Source of the DNA: Strigamia acuminata
Taxonomy: Eukaryota
DNA: 64,000 bases
Assembly: GCA_949358305.1 (NCBI GenBank)
Contig: OX442314.1
Span: 30,566,001-30,630,000, forward strand
Direction of reading: 5' to 3'
Part shown: in pieces, positions 49,533 to 63,100 of the stretch
Layout of the letters: each line of letters starts with the position of its first letter
Position numbering within the stretch: position 1 is the stretch's first letter
The notes under the pieces: generated by a model
The model's input: the letters and a program-made list of their open reading frames with translations, nothing else
Database searches by the model: none
Told to the model about the DNA's origin: nothing
Made by a program: the position numbers and the translations under genes

Positions 49533-50095
49533 CTTATGTAAACTTTAAATATCATCCGCCTAGTTTAATCAGAATAGGTAGAAGTTTGATGTTTGTGATT
49601 ATTTTTTGCGAGTTTAGGAATAATTTTCAAACATTTCTTGATAAACAATCGGTAAATTTGTGCATTGTTTTGCACGTGTGTTGTGTGAGACACCTAGTGT
49701 CGGTAATTGCAAAAAGCGAAGTCGGTTCATTTGTTAGGGTTAATAGCAGGTCTGAAACGGTGAAATGGTTCGGGAAAATTTGGTTTGGTTTGAAATCAAA
49801 CGCCATGTTTTTCCAAAATGGTGGAATGTTCTCGCCTGGTGACGAAACGATGCATTTTTCACGTTTTTGAGGTTTGTCTACCGTGCACCTAGTGACGATA
49901 TTTTGTATTTATATCCATTTTTTAAGCCTAAATATTTTGTCTACATTCTCAATTCAGTCCTATTGGTGAAATAGTGCAATTTAATTCAACAAATAAATCA
50001 AATAAAAACTTTTAATTGAATAAAATCAAAAATCCATGGCCCAGAATAAATTTTTATAACAGAAAAAAAAAGAAAAAAAGATTTAAATAAATTAC

Positions 50096-53000
50096 TTAAT
50101 TCTCGAACAAAAAACCTAATCCCAACACATCCCAAAACGACCACGATTCGTCACCCAGTGTCGAAATAAACCGATTTTCTTCATCCATTATCGGACTGCA
50201 CGTTTTGCACACGATGTCTTCGCTCGCTGGTGTTGTCTTCATCCAAGCCCACACACGAATAGCAAGTATTGTTAGTAATGCTAAGGTTATAAGGGCTACC
50301 CCGATCTGAAGCATCTTTTCTTTTCTTCGAGCCTAAACAAATAGGAGGTCAATTACGTCCGCGCTTAAACTTGGCGGAATTTCTTACTGCCGCTGCACGA
50401 CTCATCTCTTCGTCAGTCATAAGTTGAAGGCAAGTTGGTACGGGAACAACGGGACACTCGGTATTTGTATTTCTAGGCGAAATTGGTATATCTCTACACT
50501 GTGTTGAATCTGCAAGAAAAAATTGTAAATGTGGGAATTTATGGTTATTTATACGCTAGAATAGTGCCACTTTTCCAATTAAAAGGGCCATTTTTCCTGC
50601 TAAAAGTGTCATTTTTCCAACTAAAAATGCCATTTTTCCTGCTAAAAGTGTCATTTTTCCAACTAAAAATGCCATTTTTCCTAATAAAAATGCCATTTTT
50701 CAATTAAAAATGCAATTTTTCCTACTAAAAATGCAATTTTTTCTACTAAAAGTGCCATTTTTCAATTAAAAGTGCCATTTTTTCTACTAAAAGTGCCATT
50801 TTCTACATAAATCGCTACTTTTTAAAAATGCCATTTTTCTATTAAAAATGCCATTTTTCTATTAAAAATGCCATTTTTCTATTAAAAATGCCATTTTTCT
50901 ATTAAAAATGCCATTTTTCTATTAAAAATGCCATTTTCTATTAAAAATGCCATTTTTCTATTAAAAATGCCATTTTTGAATTAAAAGTGTCATTTTTCAA
51001 TTAAAAGTGCCATTTTTCAATTAAAAGTTCCATTTTTCAATTAAAAGTTCCATTTTTCAATTAAATGTGCCATTTTTCAATTAAAAGTGCCATTTTTCAA
51101 TTAAAAGTGCCATTTTTCAATTAAAAGTGCCATTTTTTTTTACCAAAAATGCCATTTTTCTACCAAAAATGCCATTTTTCCTACCAAAAATGCTATTTTT
51201 CCTACCAAAAATGCCATTTTTCCTATCAAAAATGCCATTTTTCCTACCAAGAATGCCATTTTTCCTACCAAAAATGCCATTTTTCCTACCAAAAATGCCA
51301 TTTTTCCTACCAAAAATGCCATTTTTCCTACCAAAAATGCCATTTTTCCTACCAAGAATGCCATTTTTCCTACCAAGAATGCCATTTTTCCTACCAAGAA
51401 TGCCATTTTTCCTACCAAGAATGCCATTTTTCTACCAAAAATGCCATTTTTCCTACTAAAAATGCTATTTTTCCTACTAAAAATGCCATTTTTCCTACTA
51501 AAAATGCCATTTTTCAATTAAATGTGCCATTTTTTCTACTAAAAGTGCCGTTTTATACAAAAATCGCTACTTTTTAATCCAAAATACCATTTATTCTTCC
51601 AAAATGCCAATCTTCACCTAAACATTGCATTTTTTAAAAAAAAAAAAAACCATTCTCCCTCATATTACACTTCTACACCTAACTTCCACTTTCCAACTTT
51701 GCCCGCCACCATCATACCTCTATTATTCAGCAATTCTCTCACGCAAGGCGACTGATCAAACGCTGGACTCTCGTCACAAGCAAAACACGGCAGCGCATTA
51801 TCCTCCCTCTCCACCGTCTGCAAACACGCGTCCTGATGCACTATCGGACAGAAAGCCGACCCCGTTTCACACCCAACTTTAGCACCCTCCTTCACACACT
51901 GCGCCGACCCGCACGAATACACCATCTCGCACTCCGCCGCACTCTCCGAACACGCCGTCGACGACGCTTTAGCCGCCGCGCACCTCTTCCTACACCTCTG
52001 CGTCTTCTTGCACGTCTCGCCCTCACAACCAACCTTCTGCTTCTTCGCACAACTCCCTTTTTTCCGTCTCTTCGGTTGAGCCAAACACGGCTGACAAACC
52101 TCCTCTTTCGCCGGACAAGAACACCCACCAACGTCCTCGCAAGACGTTTGACTTAAGTCCGGTGTCGCCGTCCCATCCGGCGGCCGACAATGACACACAT
52201 GCTGCAGCTGCTGATACCCTTTGGGCGCGCATTGACAAGACTGGCATTGCATGCACGCATTGTTGCACTGGGTTGGTTGCTGGCATTGAAACGGCTGGCG
52301 CGGCACGCAATTACCGCACGGGTTGCACGGATTGCACGAGTCGTTCGCTTGGCGGCAGTTGCAGCCGTGCTGGTCGCAGGGGTCGCACGATTGGCGCATT
52401 TTGGCGTTCTGCGGCGCACATCCGCACGTTTGCAGCGTGGCGGCACATTGGCACGTGTCCGTGGTCGTGCACTGCACGGTTTGACACGCGTCTGCGCAAT
52501 TTATTTCGCACGGGGCGCAGTTTGCGTGTGGGTCGCACGGGGCGCAGTTTGCGCGGGCTTCGAGGGGATTGCAATTGGTGGTGCGCGGGGGGCAGAGGTG
52601 TTCGTTGGCGATTGGCGGTTGTCTGACGGCGCATCTGCCGGCTTCGAATCGGCGATGAGCCGGCGGGTGGCTCATTGGTTTCCAGTCTCTGTTTTTGTCG
52701 CATTTCGGCTGGTCGCCGCATGGTGGACATGGTGGGGTTTGATCGGACGGTGGTGCTGGGGGTTGTTGGTCGTCGCACGGAATGTATATGGTTTTTTCTT
52801 CGTGGTACAGTGAGTGGTGCGTCGAATCTTCGCTGGGATTGCGTGGATTTTCTTCCCATGAGCTTTGATTTGAAGATCTGTTGCGAGAAAAATTGGAAGG
52901 GAAATAAAAATCTAAAAACACATTGCAGGAAATTACGAGGTGTGAATTACGAGGTTTGGATTAAGTTACGTTTGGGTCTCTAGACAATTTTTTTCCAGGT

Positions 53001-54281
53001 CCCTTGTAGCGTAAATTAATTTTTTTAATTAATTATAATTGGATTTTTCGGCCTAAAATTGGATTTTTCGGCCTAAAATTGGATTTTTCGGCCTAAAATT
53101 GGATTTTTCGGCCTAAAATTAAAAATTGGATTTTTCGGTCTAAAATTAAAAATTGGATTTTTCGGCCTAAAATTAAAAATTGGATTTTTCGGCCTAAAAT
53201 TAAAAATTGGATTTTTCGGCCGAAAATTAAAAATTTGATTTTTCGGCCTAAAATTAAAAATTTGATTTTTCGGCCTAAAATTTGATTTTTCGGCCTAAAA
53301 TTTAAAATTGGATTTTTTGGCCTTAAATTGGATTTTTCGGCTTAAAATTGGACTTTCCGGCCTAAAATTAGATTTTTTGGCCTAAAATTGGATTTTTCGG
53401 TCTAAAATTGAATTTTTCGACCGAAAACTCCCCCAAAGAAGCCGGTCGGCCCTAGACATTTGTCTTTAGTTTCTATGTTATAATCCGCCCCTAAACATCA
53501 TAATCACCACACATCACCAAAATGATTTCTTATACCTCAATTTGCTGATCTCGCAAAGCGCGTTTACGTGTTGCCCGTGCATACATTCAATACACCGCAC
53601 CACCTTTTCCAAATCGCCCAAAAACCGCGACTCGCTGTTGCTGACCCCGTATCTTTCAGCAGCAACCTCCAACACCTTCACCAATGCTCTTAAATTCTGA
53701 AGTTCCTTGTACATCCCCGAATAGGCCTCACTATTTTCCACCTTAACAAAAACAAAATAACAATCGCCAATAAACATCATTTCGAATTCATCACTCGACC
53801 GTACCTGTCTCACAGCACTGAAAAGGTGGTTGAACGAATCGGCCATATCCTGTTGGGTTTTCTCGAGTATATCTCGTCGAGTAGACAGTTTATCTTGTAC
53901 CAAACCTCGGTAATAATCCGTAGCTTTAGTTGTAACTTCCGTATAAAGCAGATCTTTCTCAAGCTGCGTTAAATTGTCTCCCATCGCTGTAAAAATTCAA
54001 TTTTTTCCGTTAAAACGAACGTTTATTTTATCGTTCACAATTCGATATGATTGACCACGTTTTTCATTTTCCCGTCTGTCGCTGATTCTGCTGTTGACTT
54101 CATTGGCGTATTTACAAGTGGAGTGAAACAACTCGTCCAGACACATTGTATCGGCCTCAGTGTCCACTATTGTGCAGAGTTTCCTGGGAGTTGAATGCCG
54201 GGGACTCGTGCTGTTGTTCGCCAGTGGGAAACCGCGATTCAGGCTGAAGTCGGACATGGTGGATGGGCAGTGGCAAGCCAT
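50096..54281 (-). CDS. IRAG/MRVI1/LRMP(Jaw1)-like coiled-coil protein with Cys-rich middle and C-terminal TM, about 710 aa
   Basis: Phase-consistent exons 54281-54056, 53986-53805, 53741-53536, 52877-51718, 50509-50388, 50332-50096 (2133 nt) join four ORF-track fragments. Gene model well supported; family call rests on a recalled alignment. Confidence 0.7.
50560..51580. repeat. 20-21-bp minisatellite (AAAAATGCCATTTTTCCTACY)n filling an intron
   Basis: Direct reading; blocks of homogenised variants. Confidence 0.95.
53037..53425. repeat. 20/27-bp minisatellite (GGATTTTTCGGCCTAAAATT)n in intron
   Basis: Direct reading. Confidence 0.95.
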
Positions 54282-54880
54282 CGGATGGGTTTAGGCTTAT
54301 TCTCTTTGTTTAGTGCTAAGTTTCATCTCGTTGAGATGTGTGGGATTAAATGGCTCGGGTGGGGGGCGATGCCCGTGAATCAATTGATAACTGCAATTTG
54401 AATCTTTCCATTTGGGCGCAATTTATTTATTTTTTTGATTTTGATTTTTTTTTTGATGGTTTCAAATGTGGGGAAAGGCAGAATCGATCAATTTTTTTTA
54501 CATGTTGGAAGTGACAACAATACAGCGCACGATTGTGACATCGAGTGGTTAAAAAAACAAGCGGATTTTTTGGCATTGTTCAACTCAATTTTTTATTTTT
54601 TTTGTGTGTGAAAAATACGTTTTGTTTGTTTGTTTTTTGGAGAATTTTGAAGTGTTTCATCAGTGGCGGGGGAAGCTTTCATTACAAGAAACCTGCCTTC
54701 CAAAAAAGAGAATTCTGGTTATTTTTGGGTACCCCCTCGTACATTTTGTTTATATGGTGCAGGAGTTCTCAAACTTTTTGATCAATTTTTAAGAAAGGCG
54801 ATTTTCCGCGCCCCATTTCATCATCGGTGCATTAAATTTTTTCAAGACGAACTACGACATGTAGGTTGTTACTACCATAT

Positions 54881-55515
54881 TAGGGTTTCTCAAAATCGGT
54901 ACTTTTGGAAAAACCGGTATTTGTCGGTAATAAAGTAAAATAAAATAGCTACAACGTTAAATGTTTTTATTTTAATCGTAATGTTTTAATTTTAATTTTT
55001 GTTTATTTTTTTTAAAATATTATTTACAACAAGTTGTAGAAGTTTGATGAATATGGGATTGTTTTGTTATCAGGTGTTGAAATTGAGAAGTCTTTTTTTT
55101 TAAATTGAAAAATTGAGTTTATAAGATTTTTTACGTTAAGAAATTTGATAAATTCTCATTTTTATGTTAAAAAAAATCGATATATTTTCATTTTTAAGTT
55201 AAAAAATCAATAAATTCTCATTTTTAAGTTAAAAAATCGATAAATTTTTGTTTTTATATGTAAAAAATCAATTAATTTCTAATTTTTACATATAAAAATC
55301 AATAAATTCAAGTTTTAAGCTAAAAAAATAGATAAATTCAGATTTTTAAGCTAAAAAAATCGATAATTTTGCATTTTTAAAAAAAAAAAAAATCCCATTT
55401 AACTAGTGTTATAAAAACCGGTACTAATACCGAACTAAAGACGGTATTCGGTATTCGGTATTTTCTTGAAAAATACCGGTTTTTGATACCAGTAAACACC
55501 AGTAGAGAAACCCTA
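54881..55515. mobile_element. hAT-like non-autonomous element
   Basis: TIR TAGGGTTTCTC / GAGAAACCCTA, CGGTA subterminal repeats, internal ~31-bp degenerate array; no clear TSD. Confidence 0.6.
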
Positions 55516-55797
55516 GTTTACTATATTTCCATCCTGTAAAATTCATCACTTTGGGGAATTACAATAGCTACAAACCTCCATTTGTGGGAGTTTTGGCTGG
55601 TTTTTGCAGGTTTTTGTAGAATTTTAGTTGTTTTTTTGTAGATTTTGAGAGATTTTGGAGGTTTTTGTGAAGATTTTAGAGGACGTTGATACATTTATTC
55701 ACTCAAATCCGACCATCTCAAGTCATTTTATTCGTTTTTTCTAAAAACCAAATTTTCTTTTTAAAAATATAGCCTCGAAATAATTGCAGTCACAAAA

Positions 55798-56411
55798 CTA
55801 CGAGAACCACAGCCACGCACAACAAAGTATAACCACAAAAACAACAACTGTCCAGCAGCTTCTGAAAGTGGAAGAATCGTTGCACAAATCGCCTTCACAA
55901 AAACACATTTTCACTTTCTTCGATTCCCAATTCGTCTCCCCGCATCTCTCTTCATTATCACTCGGAGCTTGCGGCAAGCACAGACGTTCAGTACGCCGGA
56001 TTTTCTCCTCTGAAATAACAATTTATCAAATTACAATAAAAATAAAAATATTTCAATCAAATCTATTATATTTACCTGCTCCGTCCACAATTTTACCGCA
56101 CCAACCGGAAATACAAGTCAAAACGGTCACACTGGACGAAAGTGAAGTGGTATTGGTGTCGAAAGGGTCGCCACAATCGCCCAACATTCCTCTCGACCGA
56201 CACTCGAAGCATCGCTTCAAAGCGTCTGAAACGATATTTTCGTTTTATGCGAGCACCGCCATTACTGTGTTTTCAAGCTGTTCCTTCTTACGCCCTCCTT
56301 TGTAACTCATTTCGAGACTTTAGAGGTGATAGAAGCAGCAAAAATGTGCTTACCTGTCGATCCAATGAGTAGAAATAGTGGCAAATATAAACTACACGCG
56401 ATTACATTCAT
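55798..56411 (-). CDS. rtv: Retroactive, Ly6/uPAR three-finger GPI-anchored cuticle protein, 139 aa
   Basis: Exons 56411-56354 (signal), 56225-56076 (LKRCFECRSRGMLGDCGDPF..CISGWCGKIV), 56009-55798 (ERLC..PSDNEERC..KKVKMCFCEGDLCN plus hydrophobic tail); motifs match Drosophila Rtv as recalled. Confidence 0.85.
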
Positions 56412-56767
56412 TTCTAATCAAATGCGGTTTGATTTGGTTGCTTTTAAACCGCGACTTAGGAACTCTTGTACACTCGGACCCGGGAGTTGTTATTAAGTCC
56501 AAAGTGACCCGGATTAGCCTCGGGACAAAATCTGGAGTTTGTAGGTCGCGATGTTTAATTGTCATGAGTGCTGCTTTCTTATTTGCAAGTAAGAAGCAAA
56601 TACAAAATTTCTTTTTAAAAAAAAATCTGAAATTTGACTAAAGAATAATGGGCGAAATTAAAATATTTTCGCCATTTTAATTGCACAACATTCACTGCCC
56701 ATCACACAACCCTTCAACCAATCCTAAAGGGTCCCCTAGTACTGTACAAAATGCATATTTTCGTGGA

Positions 56768-56965
56768 AAAATGCATTTTCAGACCAAAAAAATCTATTTT
56801 CAGATTTAAAAATCTGCATTTTTGGACAAAAAGATGCATATTTTCGTCGAAAAATGCATATTTTCGTCGAAAAATGCATCTTTTCGTCGAAAATGCATCT
56901 TTTTGTCCAAAAATGCAGATTTTTAAATCTGAAAATAGATTTTTTTGGTCTGAAAATGCATTTTT
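56768..56965. repeat. ~75-bp inverted repeat around three TTTTCGTCGAAAA units
   Basis: AAAATGCATTTTCAGACCAAAAAAATCTATTTTCAGATTTAAAAATCTGCATTTTTGGACAAAAAGATGCAT mirrored at about 56893-56965. Confidence 0.75.
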
Positions 56966-57169
56966 TTTAAATTTAAACGTGTGAAAAGGGTTGCAAAAAG
57001 GGTCCACATACCAGAAATCTGGCCCCTTTGCCCACCCCTGTTGGTTACCCTTCCTATCCACTCTTTAACATATCATTACTACTTCACAAATTTTCAAAAT
57101 ACGACTGCTTTTATTGTCGACTTTGACCGATATGCAAATTTTGAAGTATCGCCAATACCGATTATCGCT

Positions 57170-60100
57170 TTATTGAATAATACAAGATCGGCTCCTAGTT
57201 AAACTGTGAGTCTCGTTAATCTGCTCTTGCAGTTGTTCCATTTCCTGCGCGTTTGCTTTAAACAACTTCATCTGATCGCACAATTGTTGCTGCAGTCTTG
57301 CTATTTCTTCAGTCAGAGATTGTTCCCTGTCCTGTCAATCATTAATCATTAATGCAAGCTCAACCCAGTATTGACACCTACACACTATCTATAACTAACT
57401 TTAATCTTTGTTTCTGCTTGTTGTTCCAATTCAAATTGTTTTTCTTCAAACTCCTCCTTCATCTGTGCGAGCCTCGCTTCCGTCTCTTTCTTCGACTGCC
57501 TTAACTTTTCAAGTTCTTGTTTCAGCTCCCAAGCCGGTTTAGTTTGTACAAACACCGTACTTCCCCGACTTCTGCTTGCTGAACTTAACTTATTTCTCCT
57601 CCCTGATAAAAAACAAAGAAATTATATTCCATTTCCTAAATCAATCAAGCCACCAGCACCCACCATTGTTGGTGTTTGCAGACAACAAGACTTCTGAGTT
57701 TTCCAATTCTTGTTTCAACCAATCGGGCACCTACATCGTCATTACGAACATTTAGCACAGCCCTTTGATAAGATACTAGGCGCATTCAATAAAGCAATTT
57801 AAACTAACTGACTGCCCGGCATTAAAACGGGTCCCGGCATCTATTAGAACCCGGCGTTAATTCGAGGCAGTGCGATAAACTGCTTTTTAAACGGCGTATT
57901 TAGATTGGGTAGACTTAAAAGTCCCCGTTTATTTCTCGTGTTTAAGATGACCATACACCGCGAGCAACTGTCAGAACAGTCTGATAGATCAGATAGACCG
58001 ATTTAGCACGACCCGACCCATGAACCCCAACAGTCTGCTTGAACACAGTCCCATTGACCAAAGATGTTCCACGGTATTTTTTGGAATCGTCCCCAAGAAG
58101 CCGACCACGATCGGAAAAACCCCAGCACAAAGGGTGCCACTAAAGAGCAAGTCAACAGCCGGGCGGATGCGGTCGTACTTTGCAGTCTTCTCGGCCGCGA
58201 TCGAACTTGAATAATGTTGACCAATTTAGTCTGTTTTCAGCCGCAGTAAAATACGACTTAATGAATGCGCCTTGTGTTTATGGACAATGCTCACTGGTCC
58301 GACTGTGTCCATGTCCGGTGTGTATCGTCCATTTGCCACCGTTGCTGCAAAATCCAAAAACCTTTCATTTTCCACGGGAGAACTGACTTCCTTTCCTCTT
58401 TCGTTCAACACAGCCCGCTGTGCATGGTTAGGCAGAGGTGCAGTCGTGTCAATGACTAGGTATATATTTTGACCTTGGCAACGAATTGAAGACAGATTTA
58501 CGGTTTCTCCTTTACTGATTTGTGCAGGAGATGCGTATAAGCTAAGGAGTAAAGTATGAACATAAGTTTATAATTTAACATGAAAATATTGTTTACGCTA
58601 GAATTTCTTGGGGTTGCAACAACACATCCTTCATTCGCGGACCTAAATTTACTGCAGAATAATAAGTATTAGTGAATTAGCTACAACAACAAACAACACC
58701 GGACTAACCACTTCCGAAACCCCTTCTAGTTTGCAAAAAATCAACGTATAAAAGGATGTAGTTGAAATACCGTATTTTCTCAACTAAGAGCCGACTAGTA
58801 GCCGCGGCTGTTATTTGTTATTTGGCGACTACAAATCGAGGTTTGATTGATTGCAGTTCCACCTATAGTCTGCGCACGGTATCTTGATGCTAAATTCGTA
58901 CTGCGCATCTCATTCTGCACAGACAATTTTCTAATTCCAGTCGTTATTTTGCAGTATTAAGCCGATGATTAGGCCTAATAATCCTAATTTAAAGTAAATA
59001 AACAACGGTATTTTGGTATGGCATTTTGGTATGACCATTTTGATATGGTATTTTGGTACGGTATTTTGGTATTTTGATATGGTATTTTAGTACCATTTGT
59101 ACCAAATATGTTTTGGTACCATTGGTACCAAATATGTTTTGGTACCATTGGTCCCAAATATGTTTTGGTACCCATGGTACCAAGGCCTAATAATCCTAAA
59201 ATAAAGTAAATAAACAACGGTATTTTGGTATTTTGATTTGGTATTTTTGTACCATTGGTACCAAATATATTTTGGTATTTTGGTACGGTATTTTGGTATG
59301 GTATTTTGGTATTTTGGTACGATATTTTGGGATTTTGGTACGGTATTTTGGTACGGTATTTTTGTATGGTATTTTGGTATTTTGGTACGATATTTTGGGA
59401 TTTTGGTACGGTATTTTGGTACGGTATTGTGGTACCAATGGTACCAAAATATATTTGGTACCAATAGTACGAAAATATATTTGGTACCAATGATACAAAA
59501 ATACCATAATACCGTTGTTTATTTACTTTATTTTAGGATTATTAGGCTTTGGTACCATTGGTACCAAAACATATTTGGTACCAATGGTACCAAAACATAT
59601 TTGGTACAAATGGTACTAAAATACCATACCAAAATACCAAAATACCGTACCAAAATACCGTACCAAAATACCGTACCAAAATACCGTACCAAAATACCGT
59701 ACCAAAATACCGTACCAAAATACCGTACCAAAATGCAATATCAAAATACCATACCAAAATGCCATTCCAAAATACCGTTGTTTATTTACTTTAAATTAGG
59801 ATTACTAGGCCTAATTACCGGCTTAATACTGCAAAATAACGACTGGAATTAGAAAATTGTCTGTGCAGAATGAGATGCACAGTACGAATTTTGCATCAAG
59901 ATACCGTGCGCAGACTATAGTTGGTTAAGAGCTGTTGAGGATCACTGGATAATTTTGCCAGTGCCAACTGGTGTCAGTTCCAGATTATTGTGCAAAAAGA
60001 TCATTTTTGGGGCCCTAAGCTGTAGCTTATTGAGCTTTATGGTTAGTCCGGCACCGACAACAAATAATCTCTTTTACTTGAATGAGGCAAAGAATTTCCG

Positions 60101-63100
60101 GTGAGATGATCTGGGTTAAACGATTCTGTTTGTAGAGATCGATTGGTAGCATTTTTGATAGATGTAAAACTATTTGTTGCTGAAATAATTATTAATTGAA
60201 AAAAAAATTGAATATTTTTAATATTATTTAATATTATTTAATAATTTTTAATTTTTTTACTATTCTCCAAATTATCATTTTGATCCATTCTTCCATTTGC
60301 AGACGAAATAAAAGCCCGCGTCATATCCTGAGTCGGTGGTCTGGTTGGCGCACACATTATATACCGTGTTCCCCAAAAATAAATGACATTTTCCAAAGTT
60401 CCGACTATGGTAAACGTCTCCCCACATTCGACCATCTGTAAAACGATAGAAATACGCAGTTTGCAGCAGGTACTTTTCCCTTACAATTATGACATTTTTT
60501 ACACTATATTTAGCGTAAGGTAATCAGTTTTTAACAACTTACCAATGAGGTTTTGTCAGTCATAGACTTAACCAAAGAAAAAGAATTGGTAGATCGTGTG
60601 TGGCCCTTGCCCAATTGTCCCTCGGTATTGCGGCCCAACGTTATTACATGTCCTGGTTCGACGAGCAATGCTGTATGATTGGGCGCCATTGAAATATCGA
60701 CAACTTGATAGTCATTTAATGATTTTACATTTGTGACGACTAATTTTTTCGCCACATCTGTCTAGAGGAGAAAAAGATGTAAGGAAATAAACCCACAAAG
60801 AAAATTTTGCCGGTCACCTTACTTTCATGAGAACAGTGTTAATGATACCGCTGTTTTCGTTCAGTCCCAATTTGTTAAACGCGTTGTTACCGCAAGCTAA
60901 AACCTTGCCGTCATTTGTAATAAACATACTGGCATCCTTTCCACATTTCACATTTCGTATGTTGTCCTCATTTGGTACCGACACTTGGGTTGGAACGCAG
61001 CTGATCACAAAATACGATCAAACTCAAACTCGGGTACTTTTTAAAACAAATATTTACCAATCATCTTCATGTCCAAGTCCTAGTCTTCCACCTGCCCCAC
61101 GACCCCAAGCATAAACCTCTCCATCTCCGCTTAATACCACAACATGAGCAAATCCACAAGCAATGGCCGAAACATCAACGCTAAACGACAACTGTTTAAT
61201 TAGCACATTTAATAACTAGGACCCGGATAAATGCATAAATGCATAAGAATTATTTTTATTCGATAAAAAACCAAAATTATCTTTTTATTTTTATTTTGCA
61301 TAAAATGGAATTTTTGGTGCATATTTTATGCGCATAAAACGAATTTTATTTTGCATTAATATCCGGGTCTATTAATAACCACAGCCCAGGGGTCGGCAAC
61401 CTGTGGCTCGTGAGCCGCATGCGGCTCTTTCGATGTCAAGATACCTATATACCTAATCCTAAATTGTAACTTTTGACTCTTCCGTCTCAAAAGGTTGCCG
61501 ACCCCTGCCATAGCCACATCTTTTACCTCAATAACTTTTCTATGAGTTTGGGTTTCGAGCTGCAATTCCAATCGCCTTGGCCCAGACAACCGGCCGTGCC
61601 ATCGCCACACGTCATCACAATACCACTGTTGCTAGCAAAAATACTGAACCCATCTCCTGCACAAACTCTGCAAAACACAAAATCATTCCAGATAACAGAA
61701 ATAAAGCAAGCTTTAAATTACTTGGTAATCGATTTCGTTTTCAAAATGGCAACGGCTTCTGGTCGTGCTCTGTACGACTCCAATGTACCATGTCCCAGTT
61801 GACCTCGTCTTCCTTCTCCCCAAGTATAAACCAAAAGTTCCGAAGTCAGCGCAATCATGTGGGTGTTGCTGACCGCCAGCTAACACATTCAAAAAGAACT
61901 TTAATTGGCGTTTTCAATGGATTTAACGCCAGTGGCCTAGCAAAAAGCCAACGAGCCCGTGCCCGAGTTTGTCTCGTGATTCTAATCGTGTGTGTTGCGT
62001 CCAGCGACTCGTGACCCTCCCCTGACAACGCGTTGTCCGCCCGAACTCACATAATGCGTTTTAAAATACACCGCAACATTCGACAATGTATTTTTGAAGC
62101 GTGTGGGACTTCCGATTGCTATGCCACTGCTTAAAACTGTACTAACTTGTAGGATTTTACTTCTCGGTGGTAACGGTATCGGACTTAAACTAATGCAATC
62201 TTCGAACGTGCGAATATGATAAACAACCGATCTGTTCATGAAATTAAAAATTATAGAAATAAATTTGCTAAAAACACTTATTTACCTCATATTTTTCAAT
62301 GCACTGATAGCACAAAATTGAGAAAAATGATTAAACAACGGAATGAAGTTGTTAAAATGAATATTTTCTTACCAGCCACTTTTCTCTCTTTGTCGGACGT
62401 GTTCGATAGAACGCAACATCTCGGCATCGACTTCACAACTAAGATTTTCCGAAAATTGCGCTAATAACTAAAAACCAAACTCAGTTTTACTACACTTTTA
62501 AAAATTAAATAATTATTCACTTCTGGTAATCGGTGCTGTAGAATTTCTGCAGCCGTGGGACGAAACTCAGGGTCCCTTTGAAGCAAATCACGAATAAGTT
62601 GTTTTAAACCGTGCGAATAATTTCCTTTGACGGGTGCAAATTGTCCCTAAGAATATTTCTGGAGTTGATAACAATCCATTTCCAAAGTCACACACACACC
62701 TTCATAATTTTGTTGACTAACGCCGGTAAATTGGAGCCTTCAAATGTTTTTTGAAGGCAAGCCATTTCGTACAGAATGCAACCAAGCGCCCACACATCTG
62801 ATTTCTCGTCATACGACTTTCCTTCGCACTGAAACATAATAAATAGTGTACATATAAGGTGCGTCCAAAAAGTCTGCGGAATGACAAAAAACTTTGAAAA
62901 AATTAACTTCCAATATTTTGATTTAATTTTCCTTTTAGGATTACTAAATATACCACTCGAGTAATGTCTGATTAAATTTCCAGACTGATTCAATAATATT
63001 TATTTAAAATATCAACAATAAATGCGATTCGTTATAGTTTCGACTGTACTCGTATATTACCATTTCGGGACTGATGTAATAGGGAGTACCAACAACCGTA

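Noticed and set aside
51127..51577. ORFs of MPFFLPK / CHFSYQK repeats
   Set aside because: Translations of an intronic minisatellite.
55784..56305. 173-aa plus-strand ORF
   Set aside because: Antisense to rtv exons, which have the recognisable product and splice sites.
56392..56565. 57-codon upstream ORF overlapping the rtv start
   Set aside because: No evidence that the transcript starts far enough upstream to include it.
58984..59852. Many overlapping repetitive ORFs
   Set aside because: Products of the foldback element's tandem arrays.
61441..61466. Microexon inside the hAT MITE to repair the NEK frame
   Set aside because: Not needed; acceptor at 61192 gives an in-frame junction.
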